Assembly (NCBI RefSeq): GCF_006345805.1
Contig: NC_043000.1
Span: forward strand, 133,672,001 to 133,736,000
Direction of reading: 5' to 3'
DNA: 64,000 nt
Source of the DNA: Octopus sinensis
Taxonomy: Eukaryota
This document shows, in pieces, positions 37,823 to 50,965 of this stretch. The notes beneath the pieces are model-generated. The model was not told the origin of the DNA. It did no database searches and saw only the letters and a program-made list of their open reading frames with translations. Position numbers and translations under genes: made by a program. Numbering within the stretch: the first letter of the stretch is position 1; each line of letters opens with the position of its first letter.

Positions 37823-38318
37823 CCACTCATAAAGAAATTTAGAAAGCAACTCTGCATGCTAAAGTATCCCTAAAAAATTATGCAATATTTACTTTGCATT
37901 GTTGAGTGAGTTAATTGTATTTGCTTAAAGTTAAAAGGACAATGCCTGTTAGTCTTCTGACTCGACCTTGAAGTTAATCAAATGCTAGTAGCGAGCCGTT
38001 GATCATTCGGTCAAAAACCTGAAACTCTTTCATTCGGGCAAATGCAGATCTAAACACATGGATTCCTGTAATAAAAAATAGCTGCATTTCAAATGAGATA
38101 CTTCAAGCTGAAGCCGACTATTGACATGTGAGTCGGAAGTTCGATTTCTTTTCTTTTATATTCAGGGGTCTTCGTATGTCTCGTGAGACAATGAATTTAA
38201 GTAAAATATTCAGGCATATATGTACATACTGCTATAAATATACGCATATTAACATACGTGCCAGAAAAGAAAACGTTCATATATACATATATTCACATCC
38301 ACGCTCGGAAAGAATATG

Positions 38319-38637
38319 TCCATATATACACACATACGTATATTGGTACTAGTATCGTAGACTGGTCCCGGTTTGCGCAGACGCAGGCAGTCGATCCTAC
38401 GAGCTGCCTGGCGCATGTACGATATATACTTGTATCGATATATACAATATATACAAGTATACAAGTATATATTGTATATATCGATACAAGTATATATCGT
38501 GCATGCGCCAGTCAGCTCGTATGATCGACTGCCTACGTCTGGCTAGCACGGACGCGCGTCTGCGCGTGTGTACGAACCGGGACCAGTCTACGCTACTAGT
38601 ACCCGTATATTCATATACATATGTGTGTATATATGGA
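38319..38637. mobile_element. Fold-back MITE-like inverted repeat within a degenerate minisatellite
   Basis: GTACTAGTATCGTAGACTGGTCCCGGTT... mirrored by ...AACCGGGACCAGTCTACGCTACTAGTAC; centre near 38455. Confidence 0.8.
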
Positions 38638-38743
38638 TACATCAAAGTGTAGAATATACGTATATTCATATACATGCCAGGAAAGAACACGTTCACATAT
38701 AAATACATAGACGTATACACTAACATACCAGAAAGGAACATGC

Positions 38744-38774
<31 letters not shown>

Positions 38775-40885
38775 CTAGTAATACTCATGCCCACATATAC
38801 ACACATTCAAGTAAGTGCATGCTCAATATTAATGGCCACTGTAGTCTGTTACGAGTAGTTTCAATATCTTCACCTGAAAAGTCCCTTCCCAAATGCGCTT
38901 GCCTGATCTGAGTTTTTTGTGGAAGACCGGCAATTGCTAATTTGTGTAAATTGTCCAAATCAATGCCATTGATGCTGAACGAACGAAAATCAAAGCTGAT
39001 ACAGCTTGGAACCATTGTCTTCGCAAGTGTTTCGGTCAGAACGCAAAGTGCCGGAACAGACACTGTAAAGCATCCTTTTTTTGCACTCTAGCAATTCCAT
39101 TCAACCTCCAGTCTGTTATTTTGTTTACCTACCCCGAAGAGATGAAAAGCAAACTTGACCGCGGTACGAAGTCAGTTCAGAACGCAGAGAGCTGAAACAA
39201 ACACTCTAAGGCTTTATATCTGTCTTTCTGATGACACTGCAAATTCGCCCCATAAACAAAGCAATTAACTATCTGAGCCTGAAACCAAACTGGTACCTTC
39301 TCCCTTGGTCAGATCGTTTAAATTCTACAATCAATTCCGAAATCTAGAAACGTCAGGCTGTTTAACTAAAAACACAGAATTTGCGTTTATGTAAGAAAAT
39401 TATATGATCGAGAACAATTACCAGTTGGAGTATGTATAAAAATTTATTTAACCGTTGCAAATGCATTGTGCTGGAAAGATATAAACAAGCATATCACAAG
39501 AAAAATTGTATTCTTTCCAAGTAAGGCCCTATCAATTATTGTTTCCACAATGGACATTAATGTAAATGTCTTACGTTGGTTAAATGCACCCCCATAAGAT
39601 AATTGCTTTCATTGTGTTTATTTTATTTATCAATTTATTTTGGCCCTTTAAATACCAACGTATGATGTAGTGACTTGTTATATGTTTTGCAATAAGTTAT
39701 TTCATGATTTTTCAAGTTGATTTCAACCTCGCATTTAGAACTTCAATATAAAATTGCGTTTTTTTTTAAACTTACGTCTTTCTGCTTCAATAAACACCAG
39801 ACGCTTATTTAAAAAAAAATTTATTTAAATTTAAAAAATAGAATATGAGTCTATTCGAGGTTGTGCCTTCTTCAGACGTTCGGTAACTTATTGATTACGG
39901 AATCACAGACTTTTTTACAATGGTCTTCACTCAGGAGAACGAACCACAATTTCGTTTGTTGCGTCAATTTTTTTTTTTTTCGTTAAAAATAATTAGAGGC
40001 AAATAAACTTGCCTTCAAATCCATTTCATGTGTGGAATGTATTTGTTTGGAAAGATAAATACTTAATCTTCAAATATGGCGGAAAATTCTGTTTCAAATA
40101 TTTTCTCTTGGTTTCAGCTATTTTAGCTATTTTGTGTGTGACTGTATGTGTGTGTGTGTGTAAAGGACAAGCAGGGTGATACGTTGCTTTCATGTCCTTC
40201 TCTCTACTATCATCTACCATCTTCGTATTGTATTTGTCATAATGTTTTATAGTTGCTGTATTATAATTGGCTGTTTTGCCGAATTTCTTTTATTCTTAAA
40301 ATAAGGTTAATTCATCCATCTTATGTCGAGCGCAGCAGTATTTGAGATATAGTGTTTTCTTTTCTTATTCAAATTGATCAGTTGATAATAATTCAACAAA
40401 ATATATTGCTTCAGTTAATAACTTGAGAACAAAATGAAAGCATTCCTTACTTCTTTCTATCCGTTACGACCTAACCTCGTTTAAAAATAAATCTATAATC
40501 CCATTGCGATAGTACATTTATTCAGTGTGTTGTGGTGAATCCAAACTTTTGTTTTGATGTCAGAATATACAAGTGAAAAATGTTTTAGTTGAAGTCTCCT
40601 CGCTAGCATGATATATGAGTGGCATGAAGAATGATATATGTGTTGGGTGCAGGTGGCATGATATTTTGTTTCCAGTCAGTTGTACAGTTTTCAATAATCG
40701 TCAGTTATCAATGAATCTCCGATAACCTTTTTGGCCATTCTACATATATATGAGTTACACATGTAGCAAGCATAAGATATATGCAAATTGACTGGCAGTT
40801 GTTGTCCAGACATCTACATAACTACTTTCGTATGTATATATGGAAAAGAATATTCCAGATCGTTGAATTCAGTTAACTTTATTTA

Positions 40886-40962
40886 TCAGGATAGCAGGAC
40901 CATATCAGGATAGTATTCGTTTCTTATCCTATCACAGTAATCTTTGAGGTTTGGAAAGGAAT
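40886..40962 (-). CDS. FAXC: FAXC last coding exon
   Basis: tttcag acceptor; SFPNLKDYCDRIRNEYYPDMVLLS-TGA. AATAAA follows immediately after the stop (40878-40883). Confidence 0.88.
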
Positions 40963-43900
40963 CTGAAAGAAATATTATATAATTAGTATTACATAAAGAA
41001 ATTTTTATGATTTTTGATATAAATACCTTTTACAGCTAATCTTTCGTGTTATGGATAGTTGGAATATGTATTTGACGGTGTGTACTTTTCCTTAGCTATC
41101 ACAAAAACAAAAAATAATGCGTATGTATGAAGATCTTATTCATTGACTCCCAGATCTAGTGAAATAAGTTGGCCATAGCTACAGAAGTGTAACCCCATCC
41201 ACGACTTTCCTTGAAAGGCATAATATTTTATAAAATTTCTGATATAGATTTTAGAAGATAAAGATTATAAATGGGCTGGAGAAATTTTCAAAAAAAGTCT
41301 TGGAAGTTTCGAATAATTCCTTCCACCCGATTTTGTTCCCTAAAACCTCATTTACAACACGCGTTTTTTTAATAAACTTTTCCCCGACATATGTTTCAGA
41401 AGTGTGAATTACGATTATGTGTTGGAAAGGAAAGAATCATAAAATATTTTGAAGGACTACCCCCAACCATCCACCCCATTGGACTTTATTAAATGTATGT
41501 TTTTCCAGATATGAATTTTTTGGCCAGTGTAGATTGCAATTAACATTTTTTTTCTTTTTTAAATTTTATCACGTTAATTGTAGGCTGATTCGCAGGACAA
41601 ATATAAACACCAGTTTGGTACTTGATTCGAATAATACCACCAAAAACTACAATATAACAGGGGTTGAAAAGAAGTATATTGCCTTGTTCCTCGCGCGAGT
41701 TAACAAGGAGTTCGTTAAAAAATATATCGCAGTCTCTATCTAAAGCAACTTGTTCTGGTAGGATTGAGGTGGGAGTATAAAGGATGTGTGTCTCATGACC
41801 CCGAAAGGGTTCAAGAGGGAACAATCGATAATGATTTGGGAAGTTTAATAATGGTTGCTTCTGATAGGGAAAAGATGGATGGAATTGTCATCTACACCCA
41901 ATTTCATTGAAAAAGTATTCATTTAAAAAAGTCCCATGATGTGTGAGGGAATGACCCTCAAAAATATTTTTAAAAATATTTTTAAAAATATTTTTTCTAC
42001 ATAATTATAATCTATCCCTTTTAAAATGTATACCTGAAACATGCATTTTTAAGAAAGCTATGGTGTAAAAGAATTCGAAATGGAGGGCACAATTCTGTAG
42101 CATGCTATGTATTGTAGCTCATCCGTTTATTAGTGATATGTTAAACAAAGCCCGACTGACAGTTTCCCTGCACAACATCATAACCTTTATGTGATATTGT
42201 TGCTGAAATTTTTCAAATGATATTGATACATCCAAAACAAATAGGAAAAGGAAAAAAATCAGAATAACTACATACCGTTTACTAATTGATGTAAGTAACT
42301 ATCGGTGTGATTATAACAAATCTGAACCAGCAAACCAAATGCACTGCAGTCAGCCAAAGTCATGAAGTTTCCGAATAAGTATTTTTTCTCACCTAAAAGT
42401 AGAAATCACCAATGAAAATTGTCATTAAATTTTTACAAGCAAGATAATGTTTGAAACTGAATAACAAATTTAGATTAGGTGGGAAAAGCTTGATCTGTTG
42501 CAGAATTCAATTCGAAAAGTTGAAAGACGTACAAAGCTGCAATCATGGCTACCAATTAATATAAGACAATAATATGGCCAACTGGCCAATAGAAGTAGAA
42601 AGATCTAGATGTCTAGCATTTCAAATAATTCCAAATGATGAAGCCACGTATATTTGTCATCAGTAACAGACAACTTTGAATAATAGATTTAAACGTTGGG
42701 TGACTTTGAATTCTGTAATTTCCAGGACTTTCGACGTAAGATAATTTTTTGTCCAATTACTGTTTTCCATCTGACTCTCACTCTTTGTAAATTGATTCAA
42801 AGCAAACATGCTAGATATACTGATAAATTGTTATATAAAAATGTTTTGCCGTCTCTGATCTATGTGAATACTTCTGAAATGTAATCTGTAAAAAACTTCC
42901 TGTCAGCCTCACAACTCTTGAGTAGATACGAGTGAGGGCGCGTGGCTTAGTGGTTAGGGCATTCGGCTCATGATCGTAAGGTTGTGAGTTCGATTCCCGG
43001 CGACGCGTTGTGTCCTTGAGCAAGACACTTTATTTCACGTTGCTCCAGTCCACTCAGCTGGCAAAAATGAGTTGTACTTGTATTTCAAAGGGTCAGCCTT
43101 GTCACTCTCTGTGTCACGCTGATTATCCCCGAGAACTACGTTAAGGGTACACGTGTCTGTGGAATGCTCAGCCATTTGCACGTTAATTTCACGAGCAAGC
43201 TGTTCCGTTGATCGTATCAGCTGGGACCCTCGTCGTCGTAACCGGCGGAGTAGATACGGCACTCCACTTTTCTGCCGTGATTGAGATAAGAAAACAGGTT
43301 AAATTTATTTCTTTAACACTTTGGCCTTGTTCAGAATTCTGCTTATTTTAATTGTAATTGGCTGTCCTTGAAACCCTCTATGATCACTTTCGACAGGATA
43401 TCAAAATGGAATTTGTTTTAACGCGAAGAAAATCTTGAATTGACAGTAAGCATTTAGAAATTATAATTATTGAAATATAATGTAACTTCACAGTGTCTGG
43501 AATTTGGTTTAAAACATGTTTTTCTAAGATACACGCCCAGTTGTCTAACATATTCATTTGCTGAGGTTAAAGAAATTGTTTCTACAATATGTGTTTCCTA
43601 ACAACCCTTTTCACGGAAGCCTATTCTTCATAATGAGAGTAGCAACCGTCCATAACACGATGATCTTTGGCAAAGAGTGGCAGATACTGGAGTTCGTGTC
43701 ATATTATTGGTTCTGTGCAATGCTCAAACCTAAGATACTTAATTCTCAGATTATTTCAATTAACAGTCTTATTATCTTGTATTCAATAAATTCCAGTAAA
43801 ATGTTAGAAGCAGTCAGAACTGAACACTCTTCTTTTGTATCTATTACGTAATTATTTTTTTTCTTTCTTTTTATTCGGCACAGATATCTTGCATTTATGA

Positions 43901-45862
43901 GGAAAGCGTGGCGTCCATGCTATTACCAAGATAATTAGCAATGTAACTGAAGTGAAATACCTTCAACCAAAGATTAAACCCACATCTCGGTCTTATCTTG
44001 CCAAGAGCTTATCTCTTGCTGCATAACGCTAAACAATAAATTATTAATTTGTATTCAAAATAGAAATGAAATGATTTGGGAACCGATTAAGAAAACAAGT
44101 ATAAAATGTACAAACCTAAAAAGTCGGATAAAGCAGTTAAGTCTGTCTTTGCAATGCTTTTTATTTCTTCCCATGTGTGGAGACCTATTCCGTGTCCAGA
44201 TGATTTTCGCATAAGAGACTTTGTGATTAAATAAGTAAATACGACATTCACTTTTAAAGCTTGGAAAAATTTTGGTTTCCGTTCGTATTTCCAACGGGAC
44301 AAAAGTAGGCACCTAATTAAGAAACGAATTCATTAATTATATTTACTCGATAAGGGTTAGGTTATCGTAATTTCTTTTTTAACGTTCATGATTAACAAAA
44401 ATAGGAAAATTCAAGATCAGGTGTCTTAATTAGATTAAGTTAATTTGTTTAATGGGACATTGCCGTTTTCTATCAGCAGTCGCTACAGGTGTACCAGTGT
44501 GGTAAGAGGTTTGCTTCCCAACCACATGGTTCTGGGTCCCGTTTTACTGCCTGGCACCTTAGGACCGACAAAAGCTTGTGAGTGGATTTGAGAGACGGAA
44601 ACTGGAAGAGGTCCATCGTGTGTGTGTTTGTGTGCTGACATCGCGAGATTGAAAAATGATTGTCAGTGTCATACAACTAGTGCCACTCACTTCCAATATT
44701 CTGCGAGAGCATGTCTGCTCACGATGAAATATCACTTTGTTTTGAAACAGGTGAGGATTGGCAACAGGTAGGGCATCCGGCCGTAGAAAACCAGTCTCAA
44801 GCTCCGTCCGACCCATGCAAGCATAGAAAAGCGGATGGTAAAATGATAATGAATCGAGGAAATTATAAAATTTCTTTACTTGATATCAATAACCATAACA
44901 AAAAAATAACAGCTTTTAAATTCAACTTTCGTAAGTGTATAAACGATGTAAGCTTTCACAGAATATTATTTTTGTCTACTTCGTCTCAGTAGGAGAGGTC
45001 GCATCTAGAGCATCATCTATCACGGCTTAAACACAAAACAATGAAGCGCAAAGATGAAGTGATGAAACCATAAAGAATCTTGTACGGCTCATATTCGCCT
45101 AAGCTTTGTCTACCATCTTATTTACGGTAGCTAACAAATTAATTTCTTTTCCCTCGCGAAAGTTTGCATATGTTTTCATCTTACAAAGGAAAATACTCAC
45201 CAGGTTGTATTTTCTTCTATCATTACTTGGAATGCTCGAGATAAAGAACGTTCATAGGGGGACAATTTTTCGTTCAGATCCACATTAAAACTGTTATTTA
45301 AATAATCGATACAAAACTGCGTGTCTTCAACCACCACTCCATTATGTTCAATCCAAGGTAGTTTACCTTTAGAAGACAGTTGGCGAATGTGTGATAGCTG
45401 GAAAAAATCAAGAGCAAAATATAAAATTCCAATCAACTAGGCTCAATTTTTTTGAGCCAGACTACACATAACTACACATCTACACCAAACAGTTTTCATA
45501 TATAAAATCAAAATACGCTTTAAAAACAAAATATATTTAGTGGTGGAGTATTGTGTTTGTAAATCCTCTAATCAAATCAGCTTTTCATTGGGGCTGGCCA
45601 GATTGGAACAATCTCGAGTATAACCAGCCGAAATTGCAAAGATAATCTGGAACTAGACTGAGGAAAGAAAACTCCAAATGGCCCGGCCTTGTTTTTTTTT
45701 TGGTCCCTTTCTTTTTCATCTGCCTGGATGTTTTGTAGTCCCTTTTCTGTATCATCTGACTGTCTGGATGTTTTGCGGTCTTGTTCCATTTTTCGTATTC
45801 CTTTTTATATACATATGACGGCGAACTTACACTTTGGTCTCTTATATGTAAGTACATATATA

Positions 45863-45896
<34 letters not shown>

Positions 45897-46019
45897 AGCA
45901 ATAATAAATCTCTGAACAAGGTATAAACAGTAGCTGCAGGACAATGTGAAGTATATTTGCCACTTAAATGTGGCTAACCACTAAGGGTGGGTGCTACTGT
46001 AGCTTGTAGCCCCAGGAGA

Positions 46020-46079
<60 letters not shown>

Positions 46080-47429
46080 ATATATTTGAATGTATGTGTA
46101 TATATGTGTGTGTGTGTGTGTGTTGTATGAATGTGAAACCGTCCAACCCATGTCAACATGGAAAACGGATGTTAAATGATGATGCTGACTTTCCCATGCT
46201 GGCATGGGTTGGACATGTCAATAGAAACTGGCAAATCAGAAGACTACAAACTCTGCTGTCTGTTTTTGGCATGATTTCTATAGTTGGGTGCCCTTCCTAA
46301 CGCCAGCCACTTTACTGAGTGTACTGGGTGTCTTTTACATGGCACTAGCAGTAGTAACATTCAAAACAAGACTCCTCAACTGACAGGAGAGTATTATTGA
46401 GGGACAGAAAAAGGTGCTTTGCAGTAGAGGCGAAACATAGCTACCCCAGTTAAAGAGAGAGCATGAGAGTGAAGATGTGACGAGGATGCATACACCTAAG
46501 TTACAGGGAGATGTATATAGAGAAGTGAATTAGAGATGAGAGAGTCCGAAGCACCGTCCGAACGTGGCAGATGCCAGCGTCGCCTGACTGGCGTCCATGT
46601 CGGTGACACGTAAAAGCACCAAATGATCATAGCCATTTGCCAGCCCCCTCCCCCACCTGGCACCTGTGCTGGTGGCATGTAAAAAGTACCCACTACACTC
46701 ACGGAGTGTTTGGCGTTAGGAAGGGCATCCAGCTGTAGAAACACTGCCAGATCAGACTGGTGCCTGGTGCAGCCTCCTGGCTTCCCAGACCCCAGTCGAA
46801 CCGTCCAACCCATGCTAGCATGGAAAACAGACGTTAAACGATGATGATAATGATAAGAGTGTGAGTGCATGAGTAAGTGCGAGATTTCGAAAGGAAAATG
46901 GGAGATGGAGGGAGCGGGAATGTGAGTGGGTAGAGGTAGAAGGAGGGGATATTAGGTTGTTGTAAAGAGATTCGACAGAGACATATTGTATGAGGTAGGT
47001 TGGTGAGGAAGTGTGCGATATAGAGGAGAGGGGAATAGAAGAATATAGGGAGTAGCTAGCACAGGTAGGGGAAGGGTGGATTGTTCGGAAGATCGATTGT
47101 GGTGGAGCGTTTTGTCAGGGAACAAACTATGTAGGGAGAGGGGGTACGGGCATGAAGGACATATCATTGTGGCCTTGATTTGACTTAGCTGGACAGGTCT
47201 TCTCAAGCACAGCAAATCGCCAATTGTCTCAGCACTTTGTCATATCTGACGTGTATGGTGGCAGGGAGAAAGATGTATGATATCCTGAATAGGTTAGACA
47301 TTTTCTCATGTACCAAGTGAAAAACTAATTGTTCAGAACCAGTTTTATCTTAACCAAATTTGTCTTTCATAAGTTTCTTTATGTTCTGCTTAAAACACTA
47401 TCAAGAATGGGCATTTGTACACACATGTG

Positions 47430-47527
<98 letters not shown>

Positions 47528-50259
47528 CTTATATACAATAATGTATCTATGTTTGGGTGTATTAATTTATATATATATATATATATATTCATATTAATAA
47601 ATGTATATGATTATTTACATTCATATATATATATACATCCTGTACTAGAAGTTAAACAAACAGTCTATGAGCTAACAAAGTATTTCACATTAACTAGAAT
47701 AGAGCTGAATGAAGTATTTTGCCTGGCATGCTAACTGATTGAGATAAAGTTAGGGTATTTCAACAAAAATATGTAACAAAAGGATTAAAATCACTAATTC
47801 TGATCAAAAAATGGCAGAGAAAACACCTCCTCTGATAAGGTTTTTGGAAGGGTTGTTTCAATCCTTCTGATTAACTTTCTATCCTTATTTGGCTAACAAA
47901 GCTGAGTGTTTTTTTTTTAACTATGACAATGTCAACAAATTCCACTATGGTATAGGCATAGGAGTGGCTGTGTGGTAAGTAACTTGCTTACAATCCACAT
48001 GGTTCCGGGTTCAGTCCCACTACTGCGTGGCAACTTGGGCAAGTGTCTTCTACTATAGCCTTGGACCGACCAAAGCCTTGTGAGTGGATTTGGTAGACGG
48101 AAACTGAAAGAAGCCTGTCATATATATGTATATGTATATATATGTATATGTGTGTGTATATGTTTGTGTGTCTGTGTTTGTCCCCCCCACAACATCGCTT
48201 GGCAACCAATGCTGGTGTATTTACGTCCCCATAACTTAGCAGTTCAGCAAAAGAGACCGATTGAATAAGTACGAGGCTTACAAAGAATAAGTCCTGAGGT
48301 CAATTTGCTCGACTAAAGGTGGTGCCCCAGCATGGCCACAGTCAAAAGACTGAAACAAGTAAAAGAGAGAGAGAGTATGGTCATAGTGACATTTATTTCT
48401 GTTTTGCTATCCCTAAGCTCATTAATCATAAACAATAATTATAATTATATTTGTATAGTTATAATTATACAGATAATTAAATTGGGATCAGTTTTTAGTT
48501 TCCTAAAATATCCTTGCACATTTCTTAATTAAGAATCTCTTTTTCATCAATCTTTAACACTGAAATTCACCAACACTGCCTGATATAAACCAATAAAACT
48601 CCAGATTTTTCAACATATTCTGTGTTAACTTCATGTCAGATACTTGTAAATGTTTTCATTATTTTCTTTGCAGCAAATCTCTTGGCACATGTGTTACTTC
48701 TCTTCTGGTAATTTTATTACTCAAGAGAGGAAAATCTTTGAACAAGTCTTTCTGCTGATATATTACAGCTGGTCAAGATAAACATACTGACATGCAACTT
48801 CTTGCTGCTGAATTGTTGATTGTGAAAGCAAAAGAGCAAGAAATTATTTATTTAATCTCAATATCTGCATGTACATGCATATATGTGATGTGATGTGTAC
48901 AATATGTAGAGATATAAAGTATGTGGATGTGAATATGTGTATGCATATATATATATATATATACATATACAAAATATGTGTAGTACTTGTATTTTAAAGG
49001 GCCAGTCTTGCTGCAATCTGTGTTACGCTGAATCTCCCTAAGAACTACATTAAGTGTGCACATGTCTGTGGAATGTTCAGTCACATTCTATTGATTGGAT
49101 CAACTGGAACTCTCATTATCATAACCGACAGAGCACCAGTCATTTAGTTATACACACACTCACACTTTATATCTCTACTTACACATGTGTGAGTCTGTGC
49201 ATATGTAAGTACTCATGTATGTGTGTCTAAATGTATATACATGTATTTGTATGTCTGTTTGTGTGAATCAGTGTGTATTAGAATTATAATTCAAATAATG
49301 TTACCATTTTCCTCCCTAATTCTACAAATTGTCTGGTATATAAATATAAAAATTGTTCTATTCTGGTTGCTCCCAATTTTCTGTTTAATGTCAACAATTA
49401 TTACTGTCTAACCCAAATTTATAATTTTTGCATGATTTATACATATTTTGGAGGTTAGGTTAAAATCACATTTCTTTCATCATGAAATCATGGTGTAAGC
49501 CTTGCATGGGGTACAAGCATTGCTGTGTGGTTAAGAATTTTGATTACCAATCACATAGTTTTTGGTTCAGTATCATTGCACAGCACACTGGACAAGTGTC
49601 TTCTACTATAGTCCCTAGTTGACCAAAGCCTTGTGAGTGTATTCGGTGGACAGAAACTGAAAGAAGCCCCTTGTGTTTATATGTATCTGTGCATTTGTGT
49701 TTGTCCACCGGCATCATTTAAAAACCAGTTTCATTTAGTTTACATCCCTGTGATTTAACAGTTCAGCAAAGGAGACTGATAAAATAAGTGCCAGGCTTAA
49801 AGAAAAAAAAAAATAAATACTCTAGTCAACTTGTTTGACTGAAACCTTTCAAGGCAGTGCCCCAGCATGGCCACAGTTCAATAACTGAAGCAAGTAAAAG
49901 ATAGTCCCCTCCTTGCTTGCTCACTGCTGCTTCATGCTCATGCTTGATGAGGTTGGGGGTCATCCTAGGTTGGTGGTCCCAGAGACATCATTATGCAGAG
50001 AGCCATCAGTGCTTTCCATCACTGGTAGTCCCATGCCAGCCCCTTTGCATCCTCCAAGATATAACAACATCAAACATAATTCATACTGTAATGAGTAACA
50101 ATATCAAAATAGTAATTAATAATAAATGTTACCTCGTAAGGAATCTGACATAGTTTTAGATAGGTCTCCAGCTTCAATCGGAATGGTGACAACTCTGGTG
50201 AGCCAAGAGTTTTAAAGTGAAGAATTACTTTATCTGGTTTAGAATGGAAAACCGGTTTC
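40886..50259 (-). CDS. FAXC: Failed axon connections homolog (FAXC / metaxin-like GST-fold protein), 5 coding exons, 5'-incomplete
   Basis: Exons 50259-50133, 45397-45201, 44312-44116, 42392-42276 and 40962-40886 have AG/GT boundaries with compatible phases (715 nt). They translate to ...SPFRLKLETYLKLCQIPYE/...SSKGKLPWIEHNG...EDTQFCIDYL...MIEENTTW/...GHGIGLHTWEEI...DLTALSDFLG/EKKYLFGN...LADCSAFGLL.../SFPNLKDYCDRIRNEYYPD, the recognised fax/FAXC motif series. Confidence 0.9.
42276..42392 (-). CDS. FAXC: FAXC exon (GST-C domain)
   Basis: ttttag acceptor, gtatgt donor; EKKYLFGNFMTLADCSAFGLLVQICYNHTDSYLHQLVN, with the GST C-terminal N-cap motif TLAD. Confidence 0.9.
42936..43260 (+). mobile_element. 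SINE family C' (FAXC intron)
   Basis: A and B boxes and core present; GAGTAGATACG direct repeat at both ends. Confidence 0.85.
44116..44312 (-). CDS. FAXC: FAXC exon
   Basis: aattag acceptor, gtttgt donor; CLLLSRWKY...GHGIGLHTWEEIKSIAKTDLTALSDFLG (ORF 44087..44302). Confidence 0.9.
45201..45397 (-). CDS. FAXC: FAXC exon (thioredoxin-like domain)
   Basis: ttttccag acceptor, gtgagt donor; LSHIRQLSSKGKLPWIEHNGVVVEDTQFCIDYL...MIEENTTW (within ORF 45197..45436). Confidence 0.92.
46540..46852 (+). mobile_element. SINE family D (GGAAGGGCATCCAGCTGTAGAAA core, (GAT)n tail)
   Basis: Relatives at 13185-13345 (-), 44740-44850, 46135-46345 and 51177-51390 (-). Confidence 0.8.
47436..47525. repeat. (CA)n microsatellite, ~45 units
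   Basis: Direct inspection. Confidence 0.95.
47960..48370 (+). mobile_element. SINE family B (FAXC intron)
   Basis: Full-length match to the family consensus. Confidence 0.85.
49515..49900 (+). mobile_element. SINE family B, diverged
   Basis: Homologous to 47960-48370. Confidence 0.75.
50133..50259 (-). CDS. FAXC: FAXC exon (first identified; GST-N start)
   Basis: ttttcag acceptor, gtaaca donor; encodes KPVFHSKPDKVILHFKTLGSPELSPFRLKLETYLKLCQIPYE. Absent from the ORF track. Confidence 0.88.
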
Positions 50260-50597
50260 CTGAAAAGTTAAAATAAAATGAAATTTTTTTTAAAAATCAA
50301 GATGGGAGATGGTTTGCAACAGAATTTAGACCACTAAGATTACAATTATTACTTTCATCATCATCATCTTCATAATTAAGGTAAGCTAGTTATAACAAGA
50401 AGTTCATTTACCGGACAGACTTTCAGTATAAAATAATGATGTCACATGAAAATATAAAAACAAGTAATCAGATTTATTTTTATAAGTTATGTAAAAGAGA
50501 GAGGAGCAGCACCCAAGTGATTTCTGGCCCTTTCAGTGTGGGTAAGAGTTATGCACTTGTTGTCTATAAAGAATAGGAATTTAGTAGCTGTGACATA

Positions 50598-50965
50598 TCT
50601 TTTATTTTGTACTTGTTTCAGTCATTGGACTGCAGCCATACTGGAGCACCTCCTTCAAGTGTTTTCATCAAACAAATTGTCCCCAGTATTTAGTTTTAAG
50701 CCTGCCAGTTAATCTGTCTGTTGCGTTTGCCAAACTGCTAAGTTATGTGGCATAAATAAACAACAACCGGTTGTCAAGCAGTGGTAGGGGACAAACACAA
50801 AGACCCCCCTCTCTCTCTTTCTCTCTACATGATGGGCTTCTTTCAGCTTCCATTTACCAAATCTACTCAAGAGGCTTTGACCAACCCAGGAAAGACACTT
50901 GCCCAAGGCGCCATACATTGAGACTGAACACGGAACCATGTGGTCGGGAAACAAACTTCTTACCA
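50598..50965 (-). mobile_element. SINE family B, diverged, reverse orientation
   Basis: Reverse complement of the family consensus. Confidence 0.75.

Noticed and set aside
41960-41996. Three tandem copies of AAAATATTTTTA
   Set aside because: Low-complexity AT slippage repeat in an intron.
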